The notes under the pieces are model-generated. The model made no database searches, was not told where the DNA came from, and saw nothing but the letters and a program-made list of their open reading frames with translations. From an uncultured delta proteobacterium (GTDB taxonomy: Bacteria; Desulfobacterota; Binatia; UBA9968), in assembly GCA_963771465.1 (NCBI GenBank), contig CAVYTU010000019.1, positions 1 to 64,000 of the forward strand: 64,000 nt of DNA. Reading direction: 5' to 3'. This document shows positions 1 through 9,447 of the stretch, piece after piece (within the stretch, counting starts at the first letter, position 1; each line of letters begins with the position of its first letter). A program made the translations under genes and the position numbers.

Positions 1-317
1 AGACAAAGAGTAAGGCATGAGAGCGCGAGTGATCACGCCGAATTCGCGCTGTGATTTGTCAAACGGGAAGAAGGCGAAATGTCAGGCTTTGCTAATTTGA
101 TAATCACCCGGACATAGAGCCGCGAAGTTTTGACAGGCACTCAATAAGCAAATAACCAATGCCTGACACTTACACCCACAAGTCGGCCGTCAGTTGATAA
201 CACGATAATCATTAAAAGAAAAAAGCGAATTTGACCGCTTTTTGACTCCCTTGTAGCGCAGTCCGATCTGCGTCGGGAGCGCCTGTAAAGACCCCAGCTT
301 GGATAAGGACGAAGACG

Positions 318-1463
318 ATGTTTTATGAGTCGGTTTTCAGAAAAGCGTGTACTGTAAAAATCGTTTTGCTGTTTGCCCTGGGCTTTTTTCTTTTCGGCCA
401 TTCCCTTTTCGCCGCTTCGCCCGCTCCCACTATCGAAAAGGCGACGAAGGATGCCGAAGCCAAGGGCTACGTCTTCCTGACAAACCGTGAGGAGATCATC
501 GCCAAAGCTAGGAAGGAGCGGAAGTTGCGCGTGATGGCCAACCTCGAGCCGCCGAATATTAAGGCCACAACGTCCGCTTTCATGAAGCGCTATCCCTTTA
601 TTGATCTCTCTGTGGAGGAGGCTCAAGGAACGGAACAAATGCAGCGCCGTTTCCTGGCGATCCAAAGCGGCATGGCTAAAGAATGGGATATCATTCCGGT
701 CTCCACGGATCTTTACAGCCAACACTTGCCCTATCTGTGGAAGGTTGATGTCTTTGCCATGGCTTCCCGTCGAGTGTTAGCGATTCCGCCGCAGATGATC
801 GACCCTAAGAATAGAAATGTCATGGCCCTTTTTACCCGCTTTCAGGTGACGGCTTACAACAAGCAAATGCTTCCCTCTACTCAAGCGCCAAAGACATGGG
901 AGGACTTTCTCAAACCGGAATTCAAGGGAAGAAAGTTCGCTGCAGACGTGCGGCCGCAGGAGATTGCCGGCCTCGTGCCCGCTTGGGGTTTGGAAAGAAC
1001 CGTGGAGTTTGCACGCCGGCTCGCAGCGCAGCAACCCATATGGATTCGCGGCGCCAGCAGAACCCTGACAGCCATCATGGCAGGCGAGATGCCCATGCTC
1101 ATAGGTCCGAACTTTCACACGGTGAAGCGCGCTCAGAGCAAGGATCATGCTGGAAGATTGGAATATGTCGTGCTGGAGCCTGTTCCGCTTCGGCTTGTTC
1201 CCCATGTTGCGGTGCAACTTGGGGCGCAGCATCCTCACGCCGCGCTCCTCTGGTTGGAGTGGATGGCAAGCCCTGAAGCGCAGCAGTTAGCGGACGAGCA
1301 CGAACCTTTGGCCTCTTCGGTGTATGTTCGCGGTGGCGCCGTGGAGAAGGAGCTGAAGGGGAAAAAGCTTTCCGTCGCGAGCTGGGATGATCAAAGCAAG
1401 ATCGAAGACTGGCAGGGCAAAATAGTTGAAGCTTATGGTTTTCCCAAAGCAGATATAAAATGA
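318..1463 (+). CDS. ABC transporter extracellular solute-binding protein (Fe3+/thiamine/polyamine-like family), orphan
   Basis: Signal peptide; AYNK..PKTWEDFLKPEFKG and HPHAALLWLEWMAS motifs typical of this SBP class. Confidence 0.85.
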   Translation: MFYESVFRKACTVKIVLLFALGFFLFGHSLFAASPAPTIEKATKDAEAKGYVFLTNREEIIAKARKERKLRVMANLEPPNIKATTSAFMKRYPFIDLSVEEAQGTEQMQRRFLAIQSGMAKEWDIIPVSTDLYSQHLPYLWKVDVFAMASRRVLAIPPQMIDPKNRNVMALFTRFQVTAYNKQMLPSTQAPKTWEDFLKPEFKGRKFAADVRPQEIAGLVPAWGLERTVEFARRLAAQQPIWIRGASRTLTAIMAGEMPMLIGPNFHTVKRAQSKDHAGRLEYVVLEPVPLRLVPHVAVQLGAQHPHAALLWLEWMASPEAQQLADEHEPLASSVYVRGGAVEKELKGKKLSVASWDDQSKIEDWQGKIVEAYGFPKADIK

Positions 1464-1600
1464 GAGGTCATCGAACTGTTTTTTTCCGCGGTCGAACACT
1501 ACGTTGACACTGAAGATCCAGCGCGGCTATGCCGCAACCAAGAGTAAACGGGATTCACCGCAGAGGGAGCGGCGTACGCAGGCATGGGGCAAGAGCCGCA

Positions 1601-1752
1601 GGGTCGGGCCTGAGTATTGAGTTATGAGTGGGTCAGTTGTGGAGTTGAATTCAAAGTGCCTGTGCAGGATGAACGAAACAAAAAGCAGATCGTGCGGCAG
1701 CGGATCGAAACCCTGCTCGACAGAAAGAAGAATAGCCGACCGACAGTGACAG
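1601..1752 (+). repeat. Type-A non-autonomous element, internally deleted copy
   Basis: GGGTCGGGCCTGAGTATTGAGTTATG left end joined to the AGTTGTGGAGTTGAATTC...AATAGCCGACCGAC core shared with 5030-5268. Confidence 0.85.
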
Positions 1753-1849
1753 CACCACGGAAATCCCATTGCGCTCAATCAACGTTGCGCGCTTTCAATG
1801 TAACACTTGCCTCACCGTGATTAAGCTCCCACACTTGAGATAGCCGTTC

Positions 1850-2056
1850 GTGCCCGTTAATCTGATTCATCCGACATGGTCACGAAAGACCTTACAGGCT
1901 ACCAGCGATCCAACCGTCTTCATCAAGCCGATGTACGCCCAAGTTGTAAAAGATTTGTCGGAGGGCGAGTTTTGGAGCTATGAAGCAAAGCTTGACCGCT
2001 ACCGATGCCTCGCGGCGAAGCAGTCAGCGCGAACTATCCGGAGACCGGCGCGATGA
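1850..2056 (+). pseudogene. N-terminal fragment of an ATP-dependent DNA ligase (LigD/LigC-like)
   Basis: FIKPMYA...WSYEAKLDRYRCLA resembles ligase motif I (E-x-K-x-D-G-x-R); truncated. Confidence 0.65.
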
Positions 2057-2185
2057 GTGGGAGAAAAATCAACTTCGTGAAGCGCTGCGCGTGCCACGCG
2101 CGGGTTTCAGCAGATGTGCGCTGCGCTGCTTGTGAACAAGATGAGCGAGCTTGCCGTTCGCTACCGATAAGGGGGAATAATAAAA

Positions 2186-2476
2186 ATGTCTGAGCCGAAG
2201 GAAGTAAGAATACCATTCGCTGATTTGTTCAATATTGTGGTGGAATGCCCATGCGGTGCCGAGTTATCGATTGATTTTGCGAAAGAGGAAGCTCGTAAAG
2301 TGGACTGGGATCATAGTACGTCTTTTGCTTGTCCCGTTTGCCACAAGACCTTTAATGGCAATTTAAGATTAGGATTCTCTAAGTTTTTGGAATGGCAAGA
2401 CAGGGTAATAGAATCCAAGCTGCAGCATCGGGTTTCCTTTCTCATCAAAATCGAACCGAGAGATGATTCTTCATAG
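2186..2476 (+). CDS. Hypothetical small protein with CxC...CxxC (possible Zn ribbon)
   Basis: ATG preceded by a purine-rich stretch; ECPCG and CPVCH motifs; lower GC. Confidence 0.6.
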   Translation: MSEPKEVRIPFADLFNIVVECPCGAELSIDFAKEEARKVDWDHSTSFACPVCHKTFNGNLRLGFSKFLEWQDRVIESKLQHRVSFLIKIEPRDDSS

Positions 2477-2671
2477 AACCTACCGATTAACCGGCTGAGA
2501 ATATGCGAGAGCCCAGGTTTGAAGCAAATGAAAAAAGCCGTAGATGGAACAATGAAATTCTTGCGAATCGATCAGCGATAAACTTTATTACAGACCACTA
2601 ACCGATGGTCATAATACGGTCTCAATCGCTTTTTGAACTAGCGGATGATCAAGACTCGGCATCTTGCCGTC

Positions 2672-2861
2672 GGGAGGTTGGAACCATGACCTATATAGGA
2701 TTCGATCATCACAAGAAGTGGACGCAGGCCGCGGCAATTGATGATCAGGGTAAAGTCATTCGCGAGATGCGCGTACTTAACGACAGCCGTTTCTTGAAAG
2801 GATTCCTGAGCCGAATCGTCAAACGGGTTAGCGGAGGGCAAGAGTTATAAAGACCTGACCC
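2672..2861 (+). mobile_element. IS110-family transposase 5' fragment joined to a type-C terminus (copy 1)
   Basis: RBS plus MTYIGFDHHKKWTQAAAIDDQGKVIREMRVLND (IS110 N-terminus), then GCAAGAGTTATAAGACCTGACCCC; near-identical to 14812-14998. Confidence 0.8.
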
Positions 2862-2894
2862 TCATCACCGCTCATCGAACGGAACAAGCCACCG

Positions 2895-4133
2895 TTACAC
2901 CCCTTGCGGCGCCAACTCACCTTCGGGCGGTGTCCGCAATGTGTAACTCCAGAACGGCATGCCGCTCTTCATACCTTCGGCGGCTAACGCCGCTTCGTAG
3001 CTCTTGCGGATGTTGGGATCTTCGTCCACGTAAGATATGGCGCGGCCGCCGTCCCGCGTGTCGATGGCGCCACCGTCCATCGCATCTCCGCCGGGCGCGC
3101 CGCCGCGGCGAAATCCAGGACCATAGGGTCCGTCGAAAATCAGCAACCTGAGACCGTCGGGATGGGTGCCGAAGTGTTGATGAAACCAGTCGCCGGCCAT
3201 CGGCGCCGCGCTGATCATGCCCACCGGCTCATAAGTTTGTTTTTTCACTTGATCGCCCTGACCCGCCTCCCAAGGCTGCATTCCGAGGCGGTCGGGCCAG
3301 GTGTAGCTATAGCCTTTGCCTTTGATGCAAACCAGAATCGCGCCGGAAGCGTGCTTGTGCGCTTTGGAATACTGCCCGGTTTGGTATTGCCCGATCTTCA
3401 TGTAAAAGTTTGCGCCGGCCATGTGCGGCTCGATGCGCCTGAAGTCGAAGGCGCGCCGGTTGTCAGGGGGCAACTCGCAAGTGAGAATATCGGGGATGAC
3501 GTTGGTCTTGCGCATGGCAAGACCGCGCACGGGATCGGCGTAAATATCTTCGACGGGCCGGAAGTAATCGTCGGAAGCGTCGAAGCGCGCAAGAAAATTA
3601 TAATTGCAGTTCATGACAAAGTCGGCGTCGCGAACGAGATTGATGATGTTCGGCGCGGTGGTGGCGGCCAGCAGCAACGCCGGGGACGAGGTGGCGTTGA
3701 CCACTTGGTGCCAGGCGTTGAGCGGAATCGCGAACAACGATCCTCGGCTCCACTCGAATGTGAGTTTCCTTTTGCTGCCCTCCTGCCACACTTCGGTCGT
3801 GCCGCGACCATCAACGACGTAATAAATCTCTTCGTACAAATGCCGCTCGGCGTTCAGCGCTCCCGCGGCCGGCACTTCGACGACGTACATGCCCCAGCGA
3901 CTTTCGGTTCCGAGGAGTTGAATTGCCGTGCCCCGGCCGCCGAGCCGTTTCCACGGTTGCAGTGGGAGGTCTTGGATTTTATGCACGCCGATGTCCCGGT
4001 GGATTGGGACGCCCTGGGCTTCCATGAACAGATCATAGGGGGACTTGGGATTTGTCCATTTGCCGAAACCAGCCTTTTGTCCCTTTTCTGGCTCACGCCA
4101 TTCGAAGACCTGCGCACCCGGTTCAACGCCCAT
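2895..4133 (-). CDS. Bicupin protein (gentisate 1,2-dioxygenase-like cupin)
   Basis: AGGAGG RBS; two cupin motifs (ERHLYEE...PLNAWHQ; KAHKH...WFHQH). Confidence 0.8.
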   Translation of the reverse strand: MGVEPGAQVFEWREPEKGQKAGFGKWTNPKSPYDLFMEAQGVPIHRDIGVHKIQDLPLQPWKRLGGRGTAIQLLGTESRWGMYVVEVPAAGALNAERHLYEEIYYVVDGRGTTEVWQEGSKRKLTFEWSRGSLFAIPLNAWHQVVNATSSPALLLAATTAPNIINLVRDADFVMNCNYNFLARFDASDDYFRPVEDIYADPVRGLAMRKTNVIPDILTCELPPDNRRAFDFRRIEPHMAGANFYMKIGQYQTGQYSKAHKHASGAILVCIKGKGYSYTWPDRLGMQPWEAGQGDQVKKQTYEPVGMISAAPMAGDWFHQHFGTHPDGLRLLIFDGPYGPGFRRGGAPGGDAMDGGAIDTRDGGRAISYVDEDPNIRKSYEAALAAEGMKSGMPFWSYTLRTPPEGELAPQGV

Positions 4134-4320
4134 ATCGCTAACCTCCTTCTCGGCTGAAACACTTTACACTTTCTCACTTACACTTTTCCCGTGCTCGGTT
4201 CTACCCGTTCACTGACCTAAGCGTCCGATCCAGCCGTCTTTGACCAATTTCTCCAACGGGCCGTGCAGGCGAAACAGCTCGGGCTTGCCGAAGAACTCCT
4301 TCGAGACGGGCCGCCGTGCC

Positions 4321-4408
4321 GAACGAAACAAAAAGCAGATCGTGCGGCAGCGGATCGAGACCCTGCACGACAAAAAGAAAATAGCCGACCCACGATTACG
4401 CACAACTC
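4321..4408 (+). repeat. Type-A element, 3' half only
   Basis: GAACGAAACAAAAAGCAGATCGTGCGGCAGCGGATCGAG...CGCACAACTC matches 5169-5257. Confidence 0.85.
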
Positions 4409-4475
4409 GGGATTGCTTCGATCCTTTGGGGATAAAATGCTATACGTTGTGCGCAAGAGCTAGACGGAGCGAAAC

Positions 4476-4970
4476 ATGGACATTAAGGCGAGCTATAACT
4501 TCCGCAGAATGACCGAGAAACTGACCACCTCCGGGATTGTGCAGCCTGATGGGCTGAAGGCACTTCGGGCACAAGGTTATGAAGTCGTCATTAACCTGCT
4601 TCCGGACACAGGTAGGAACGCCATTCCCAATGAGCGAGACATCGTTGAATCGCAGGGGATCGAGTACATCTACATTCCCGTTGACTTCAAGCAGCCGACA
4701 GCCGCAGATTTGTCGACGTTCTCGGAAGCTCTCGACCGGGTTCATGAAAAAAAGGTCCATGTGCACTGCGCTGCAAATTACCGAGTCAGTGCGTTCTACT
4801 CCCTTTACCTGGTGAGTCGCGGCCTCTGGAGCGCTGAACAAGCTATGGAGTTCATGCGCAGCGTATGGCAGCCGAGGCAGCCGAGCGAGCAACCCGGCTG
4901 GTCAGACTTCATAACTGTGGTTCTCGCGGAAGTCAGCGCCCAACAAAGAGGTAAAGGTTCGCCGCGTTGA
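4476..4970 (+). CDS. DUF442 / beta-lactamase-hydrolase-like PTP-fold protein (putative sulfurtransferase or phosphatase)
   Basis: G..VVINL, YIYIPV and the HCAANYR C-x5-R loop. Confidence 0.8.
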   Translation: MDIKASYNFRRMTEKLTTSGIVQPDGLKALRAQGYEVVINLLPDTGRNAIPNERDIVESQGIEYIYIPVDFKQPTAADLSTFSEALDRVHEKKVHVHCAANYRVSAFYSLYLVSRGLWSAEQAMEFMRSVWQPRQPSEQPGWSDFITVVLAEVSAQQRGKGSPR

Positions 4971-5029
4971 ACTGTCTGGCTTTCGCCAAGCGTCCCAAAG
5001 ACCGGCAAAGGTGAACGAGCAAAGCCGAA

Positions 5030-5268
5030 GGGTCAGGCCTGAGTATTGAGTTATGATAGGCGGCGTTAAATCTTCTAATCTGACATTTCGGATTTTCGTC
5101 GATCTCGCGTGTTCAACGATCGCGAGCAAGAAGTTGTGGAGTTGAATTCCAAAGTGCCTGTGCAGGATGAACGAAACAAAAAGCAGATCGTGCGGCAGCG
5201 GATCGAGACTCTGCGCGACAGAAGGAAAAATAGCCGACCGACAATAACGCACAACTCAGGCCTGACCC
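5030..5268. mobile_element. Complete 239-bp MITE-like type-A element with perfect 15-bp terminal inverted repeats
   Basis: Begins GGGTCAGGCCTGAGT and ends ACTCAGGCCTGACCC; internal sequence recurs at several sites in the window. Confidence 0.9.
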
Positions 5269-5384
5269 GAATTTTCCCTCCCCATGAGATTTCTGCGTGC
5301 AGGCACAACAGCTGATCTTCGCCAGCTCGAAGACTCGCGACAACACGGTATTCACGAGTATTAAGATTTACGATCTGACCCCGT

Positions 5385-5617
5385 AGAGTCGGCCAAGAAA
5401 ACGTCATCGCCGGCACCAGCTACGGCCTAAGCGGCCGTGTCCATCCGCAAATCGCCTGGGCCAAACTGCGCGACGGAGCATCGATCGCGAGCAAGAAGTT
5501 GTGGAGTTGAATTCAAAAGTTCGTGTCTGGGCTGGCGAAACGAAAAGCAAAAATCTCAGAAGTAAAAATTTGACGTTTGATTTCCATCGATGATGTCAAG
5601 ATTCAAGACTTGACCCC
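5385..5617 (+). mobile_element. Type-B element right part carrying a captured methionine synthase II gene tail
   Basis: Translates VGQENVIAGTSYGLSGRVHPQIAWAKLRDGASIASKKLWS*; ends GTCAAGATTCAAGACTTGACCCC; second copy at 13795-14023. Confidence 0.8.
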
Positions 5618-5691
5618 GAGACGAATGACCCCGAGACTGAACTGACCCCGAGACCCGTGTGACCCGAGACCCCGAGACCCCGAGACCCCGA
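5611..5691. repeat. Stuttered tandem duplications of terminus plus flank, (T)GACCCCGAGAC
   Basis: TGACCCCGAGAC at 5611, 5626 and 5643, then shorter GACCCCGA units. Confidence 0.9.
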
Positions 5692-5893
5692 TGTCGTGAA
5701 AATTTTAGAAGAAAGTTCCGCTCGATGGCATCGACGGGGAGGTGCCAGACAAGGGCTACAGAAAATAACGGTTGGCGCCTGGAATCGCTCCTCTGTTTTA
5801 AAGCGTGCTTTGTGATACCAAAAAGCCTTCTCGAAGCGCTTATATCCAGGCCGTATTATGGATTGCATGAGTCTCGGAGTTTTGACGCAAATT

Positions 5894-7351
5894 CTAACCC
5901 ATTCTCCGCCTTCCAGTGTGGATGATTGCAGGAGGAGAAAAATCTCCAAACAGCAGGGCCTGATGGTTGCGAAACATGGCCGCTCTAGATAGGAGACGTT
6001 CTGTTACTTCTGCGGTACGCCGCGAAAGCGAGTTGAGGTCATCTTGGTTTTCCAATCTCAAGATGAAAAAGTTTTTACAGTTATCTAGCGTATTCGCATG
6101 TATTTTGGCAGGTCTTTGTGAAACTAAGATCAGATAAAGGCCATACTTCCGCCCCTCACCTGAAATGCGATTAACCCATTCAGTGGTGCGTTTTTGCCAT
6201 GGCTCCTCCGCTATTGCAGGAGCCACGTTATGAGCTTCATCTATAACAATAAAGGTATTTCTTTTTTTCTTCTCGTTCCTTTCCCAAAGTGTACGCAAGA
6301 CGGCCTCTGCAATAATTGCTCTGTGTGCAAATCGTAACCCTCCGAGGTTGAACTGGAGAAAACGGTCGACTAATTGGTTGTTTTCCAAATCGTACAATGA
6401 GTCCTGCGGTTGGTCCGACCATATCGGAGCCTTTTTTATCCTCGTGAAGAAGTCGACCAAAAGAGCTCGCCCTTTAAGATCTTCCTCCTGAAGCGGGTAA
6501 CCACCCGTCCCCGGAAAGACCATGAGTTCGTTCATTTTAAATCTCTTTCCTAAGTTTGTCCTCAATTTTTTCTGGGGTTAGAACTCCGGCTGAGGATAAC
6601 CGCTTACAGGTAAGTTCATACCATTCCTGCATCGAAAAATGATATGGAACATTTTCGATTTGAGTTAGCTCATCATAACTAAATCGATCCATCCGGACTC
6701 TAGGGTTCGTATCGAGTCTTATTAACCGCTGCAAATCGGCCTGCTCCGTATTCAGGACCTGAGGATCGATCATTTCACATGGATGATCAGGGGAGTTCAC
6801 CGTGTTCGCCGGAATTGGTTGATCAAACTTTGCGAAATCTGAATTCGGGTCTAAAACAACAATCTGCGAGTCGGGAATCTTCAAAAGGATTTCCTCAAGA
6901 AGCAGTCCCAATAGCGTTGTCTTCCCAGACCCCCGATGAACCGAAGACACAGGAATGGGTGTTTAGAAGCTTTCTGCCATCTAGCACAACTGGCACGTGA
7001 TTCCTTGTCCTCGTCAGCTCACCTATTTTTAGCGGGTGTGGCGAGTTCGCATCAAAAAATTCCGGTAATGATGTATCTTCATCGGCTGTAAGTAACCTGT
7101 TCCCGCACAAAATTTATAGAAGGACCTTTATTAAAAAATCTACATTCATACTCATACGTCGCCGCCCGATTCTCAGTCGTAACGGAATCACCGTACATCC
7201 CTTCCACTAATCCAAGGATTCGATGGGAAGCATCCTGATTAATTTCAACGTAGTCGCCAGGGGCAAGGGGATGGTCATTAACGCTGGTTGCAAAAACGCA
7301 CCTCTCCGAGGTCGTTTGCTTGATAACATTACCAAGCCATTTCGTTTCCAT
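5894..7351 (-). pseudogene. HerA/DUF87-type ATPase split by three frameshifts
   Basis: Overlapping ORFs join into an N-terminal barrel-like region, HSCVFGSSG/SGKT Walker A, VVLDPNSDF, IVIDEAHN Walker B and EGRKYGLYLILVSQRPA; low GC. Confidence 0.85.
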
Positions 7352-7610
7352 AGCAATTTTTACTTCCTCACGCTTTGTTTTTGAGCAGCCACTCGCGTGT
7401 TATCGGCTTCGGGGGGATCTCTCATTTCAGTTTTTAAGATATACACCCTCACTGACGGATTAGACATGATTGGTTTCACAGCCACCGAGCGTAATAGAAT
7501 AATTGATCGATCGTCAAGCATATGATTAGAAGAAATGCGGGGAAAGCTACAGGCTCAGGCATGAGTAATTGACTTATTCGATAGCGAGTCTTGTGCGCCT
7601 GTCCGCCGTC

Positions 7611-7700
7611 ATGGATCGGGGTCACACATGGATCGCACATGGATCGGGGTCATGGATCGGGGTCAGGTCTTTACTCTTGCTATGGTCATGGATCGGGGTC
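7611..7700. repeat. Type-C left terminus with stuttered duplications
   Basis: ATGGATCGGGGTCA occurs 4 times; GGGGTCAGGTCTTTACTCTTGCTAT occurs twice. Confidence 0.9.
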
Positions 7701-7803
7701 AGGTCTTTACTCTTGCTATTGATTGCCTGTTATCTTGTTCCCTTCGCGTCAACCGCTCTGAGTCGGACCTGTTCAACTTACAGCAGCCGCAGCAGCAGCC
7801 GCA

Positions 7804-8001
7804 GGGTCAGGCCTGAGTATTGAGTGATGAAAGGTCAATCGTCAACCGGGGCTAAATCTTCTGTTTTGACATTTCGGATTTTCGTCGATCTCACGTGTTC
7901 AACGATCGCGAGCAAGAAGTTGTGGAGTTGAATTCAAAAGTGCTTGTGAGGAATGAACGAAACAAAAAGCAAAAAAGTCTAGAAGTAAAAGTCTGAGCCC
8001 T
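7804..8001 (+). repeat. Type-A/B hybrid element copy
   Basis: GGGTCAGGCCTGAGTATTGAG left end, shared core, ends AGAAGTAAAAGTCTGAGCCC. Confidence 0.85.
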
Positions 8002-8033
8002 GCTCGTTTCCAAAAAAACCATCTAATCAAATT

Positions 8034-8202
8034 TGTCGCTAGTCCAATACCAAACAGCGATCATTGGATAGCAACGGTCAGCATAACCTGGTCTGAAACA
8101 AACCAAGAGCAGCTGCGAAAATTCGATGGACCGGTCGAGAGCTTCCCTACTCGTGGAGAGGCGGAATCATGGGGAGAACGATTTGCAAAAAAGTGAATTG
8201 AC
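8034..8202 (+). pseudogene. Remnant of a small hypothetical protein
   Basis: HWIATVSITW...FPTRGEAESWGERFAKK*ID; no start codon seen. Confidence 0.4.
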
Positions 8203-8327
8203 GTTTACGTTTACAGGGTTCCACCCGCTATTGGTTGAGTGGGTGAATAACACCAGTCACTCAAATGGTGTAGTGACAGCCTAGGTTAGTCGCGTCGCAG
8301 TCGAGGAGTTTTAGTGCTAACCCGGGA

Positions 8328-9350
8328 GTGCGAGAAGGAGTTGTCATGATGGCAAAGATCGTATGCTCGTTTTTCATTGCAATTGTTGTTGTAAATACCG
8401 CCGCCGCCCAACAGGGTTCGCTGGAAGAAAAGGCCAAGCAAGAGGGGCCGCTGGTGGTTTACGGTGATACCAACTTGCGCGACCTGCAAATTTTGGCGAA
8501 GGCTTTTCAAGCAAAGTACGGATTCATGAAAGACGTGAACATCCTCAGCCTGCCGATCGAGAGGCTGTTCGCGAAAATCACCACCGAGTTCCAGGCAGGG
8601 ACCTATAACCCCGACGTGATCTCGATGTCAGCGGGGCAGACGGTAAGTGCGAAGCAGTTGGGTTGGCTTGCGAAATACGTCTCACCAGAAGCGAAGTTCT
8701 ATGGAAAGGGCTTTAAAGATCCGGACGGTTTTTGGACCAGCAACTACATGAATACCAACGTGATCGCCCTCAATACCAGGCATGTGCGCGCTGAAATCTA
8801 TCCTAAGAGGTACCAGGACCTTTTACATGAACGTTGGAAAGGCAAGATGGGTATCAACAACGCTCACTATCGCTGGTTTGTTAACATGCTCGAGCTGATG
8901 GGGGAGAAAGAAGGTATTGCTTTTATGCGCGCGCTGGCCCGCCAGGAACTACATCCCGCGGGAAGCCAGAGCCTCCTGGTTCAGCTGCTGGCGGCGGGCG
9001 AGGTGTCGGCAGTGGTAAACGTTAATGGGCATGCGGTGGAACAGATCCGGGTAAAGGACGCGCCCGTTGATTGGGTAGCGGTAAACCCTGTGATTGTCGG
9101 CGTCCATCCTATAGCGGTTTCCGCAAGGGCGAAAAATCCGAATTCCGCTCGCCTCTTCGTCGATTTCGTGCTTTCTCAAGAGGGTCAAATCGTGATCAGA
9201 GAGCTGCAGAGAATTCCGAGCCGGACCGGCGTGCTCCCGAAGCTGGAGCGGCTCACCAAGGGACTCGAACTGCGTCCCAGCGATCCGGTGTTTGAGGTCA
9301 ACAATTTGCAGCGCGGCGAAAAGCAGTTTCGGGAAATTTTCAAGTTTTAA
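8328..9350 (+). CDS. ABC transporter extracellular solute-binding protein (Fe3+-like family); start may be ATG 8346 or 8349
   Basis: Signal peptide; AKQEGPLVVYG, PKRYQDLL..WKGK and NPNSARLFVDFVLS. Confidence 0.88.
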   Translation: MREGVVMMAKIVCSFFIAIVVVNTAAAQQGSLEEKAKQEGPLVVYGDTNLRDLQILAKAFQAKYGFMKDVNILSLPIERLFAKITTEFQAGTYNPDVISMSAGQTVSAKQLGWLAKYVSPEAKFYGKGFKDPDGFWTSNYMNTNVIALNTRHVRAEIYPKRYQDLLHERWKGKMGINNAHYRWFVNMLELMGEKEGIAFMRALARQELHPAGSQSLLVQLLAAGEVSAVVNVNGHAVEQIRVKDAPVDWVAVNPVIVGVHPIAVSARAKNPNSARLFVDFVLSQEGQIVIRELQRIPSRTGVLPKLERLTKGLELRPSDPVFEVNNLQRGEKQFREIFKF

Positions 9351-9447
9351 GCAAGCAAAGCAGTCTCGAAGAGCGAGAGTAAAAAATCTTGACAAAGATC
9401 AACCAAGGTCGCCGAGGACGCGTGCGGCCCATCTAGGAAGGGATGAC

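Noticed and set aside
3162-4157. Long antisense ORFs (e.g. 3162-4157, 16407-17288, 26896-27759, 51873-52706, 61277-62284)
   Set aside because: Shadows of well-supported genes on the opposite strand in GC-rich DNA; no motifs.
5075-5416. Short ORFs inside repeat elements (1617-1820, 5109-5315, 11648-11884 etc.) as a protein family
   Set aside because: Similarity comes from the DNA repeat; starts, stops and frames differ between copies.
5611-7700. Short repeat clusters as a CRISPR array
   Set aside because: Units are 8-25 nt and irregular, with no unique spacers of constant length and no cas genes; they are duplications of element ends.
8194-8196. In-frame TGA (FAKK*ID) as selenocysteine
   Set aside because: The context suggests Trp (TGG to TGA) in a start-less remnant; no Cys motif or convincing hairpin.
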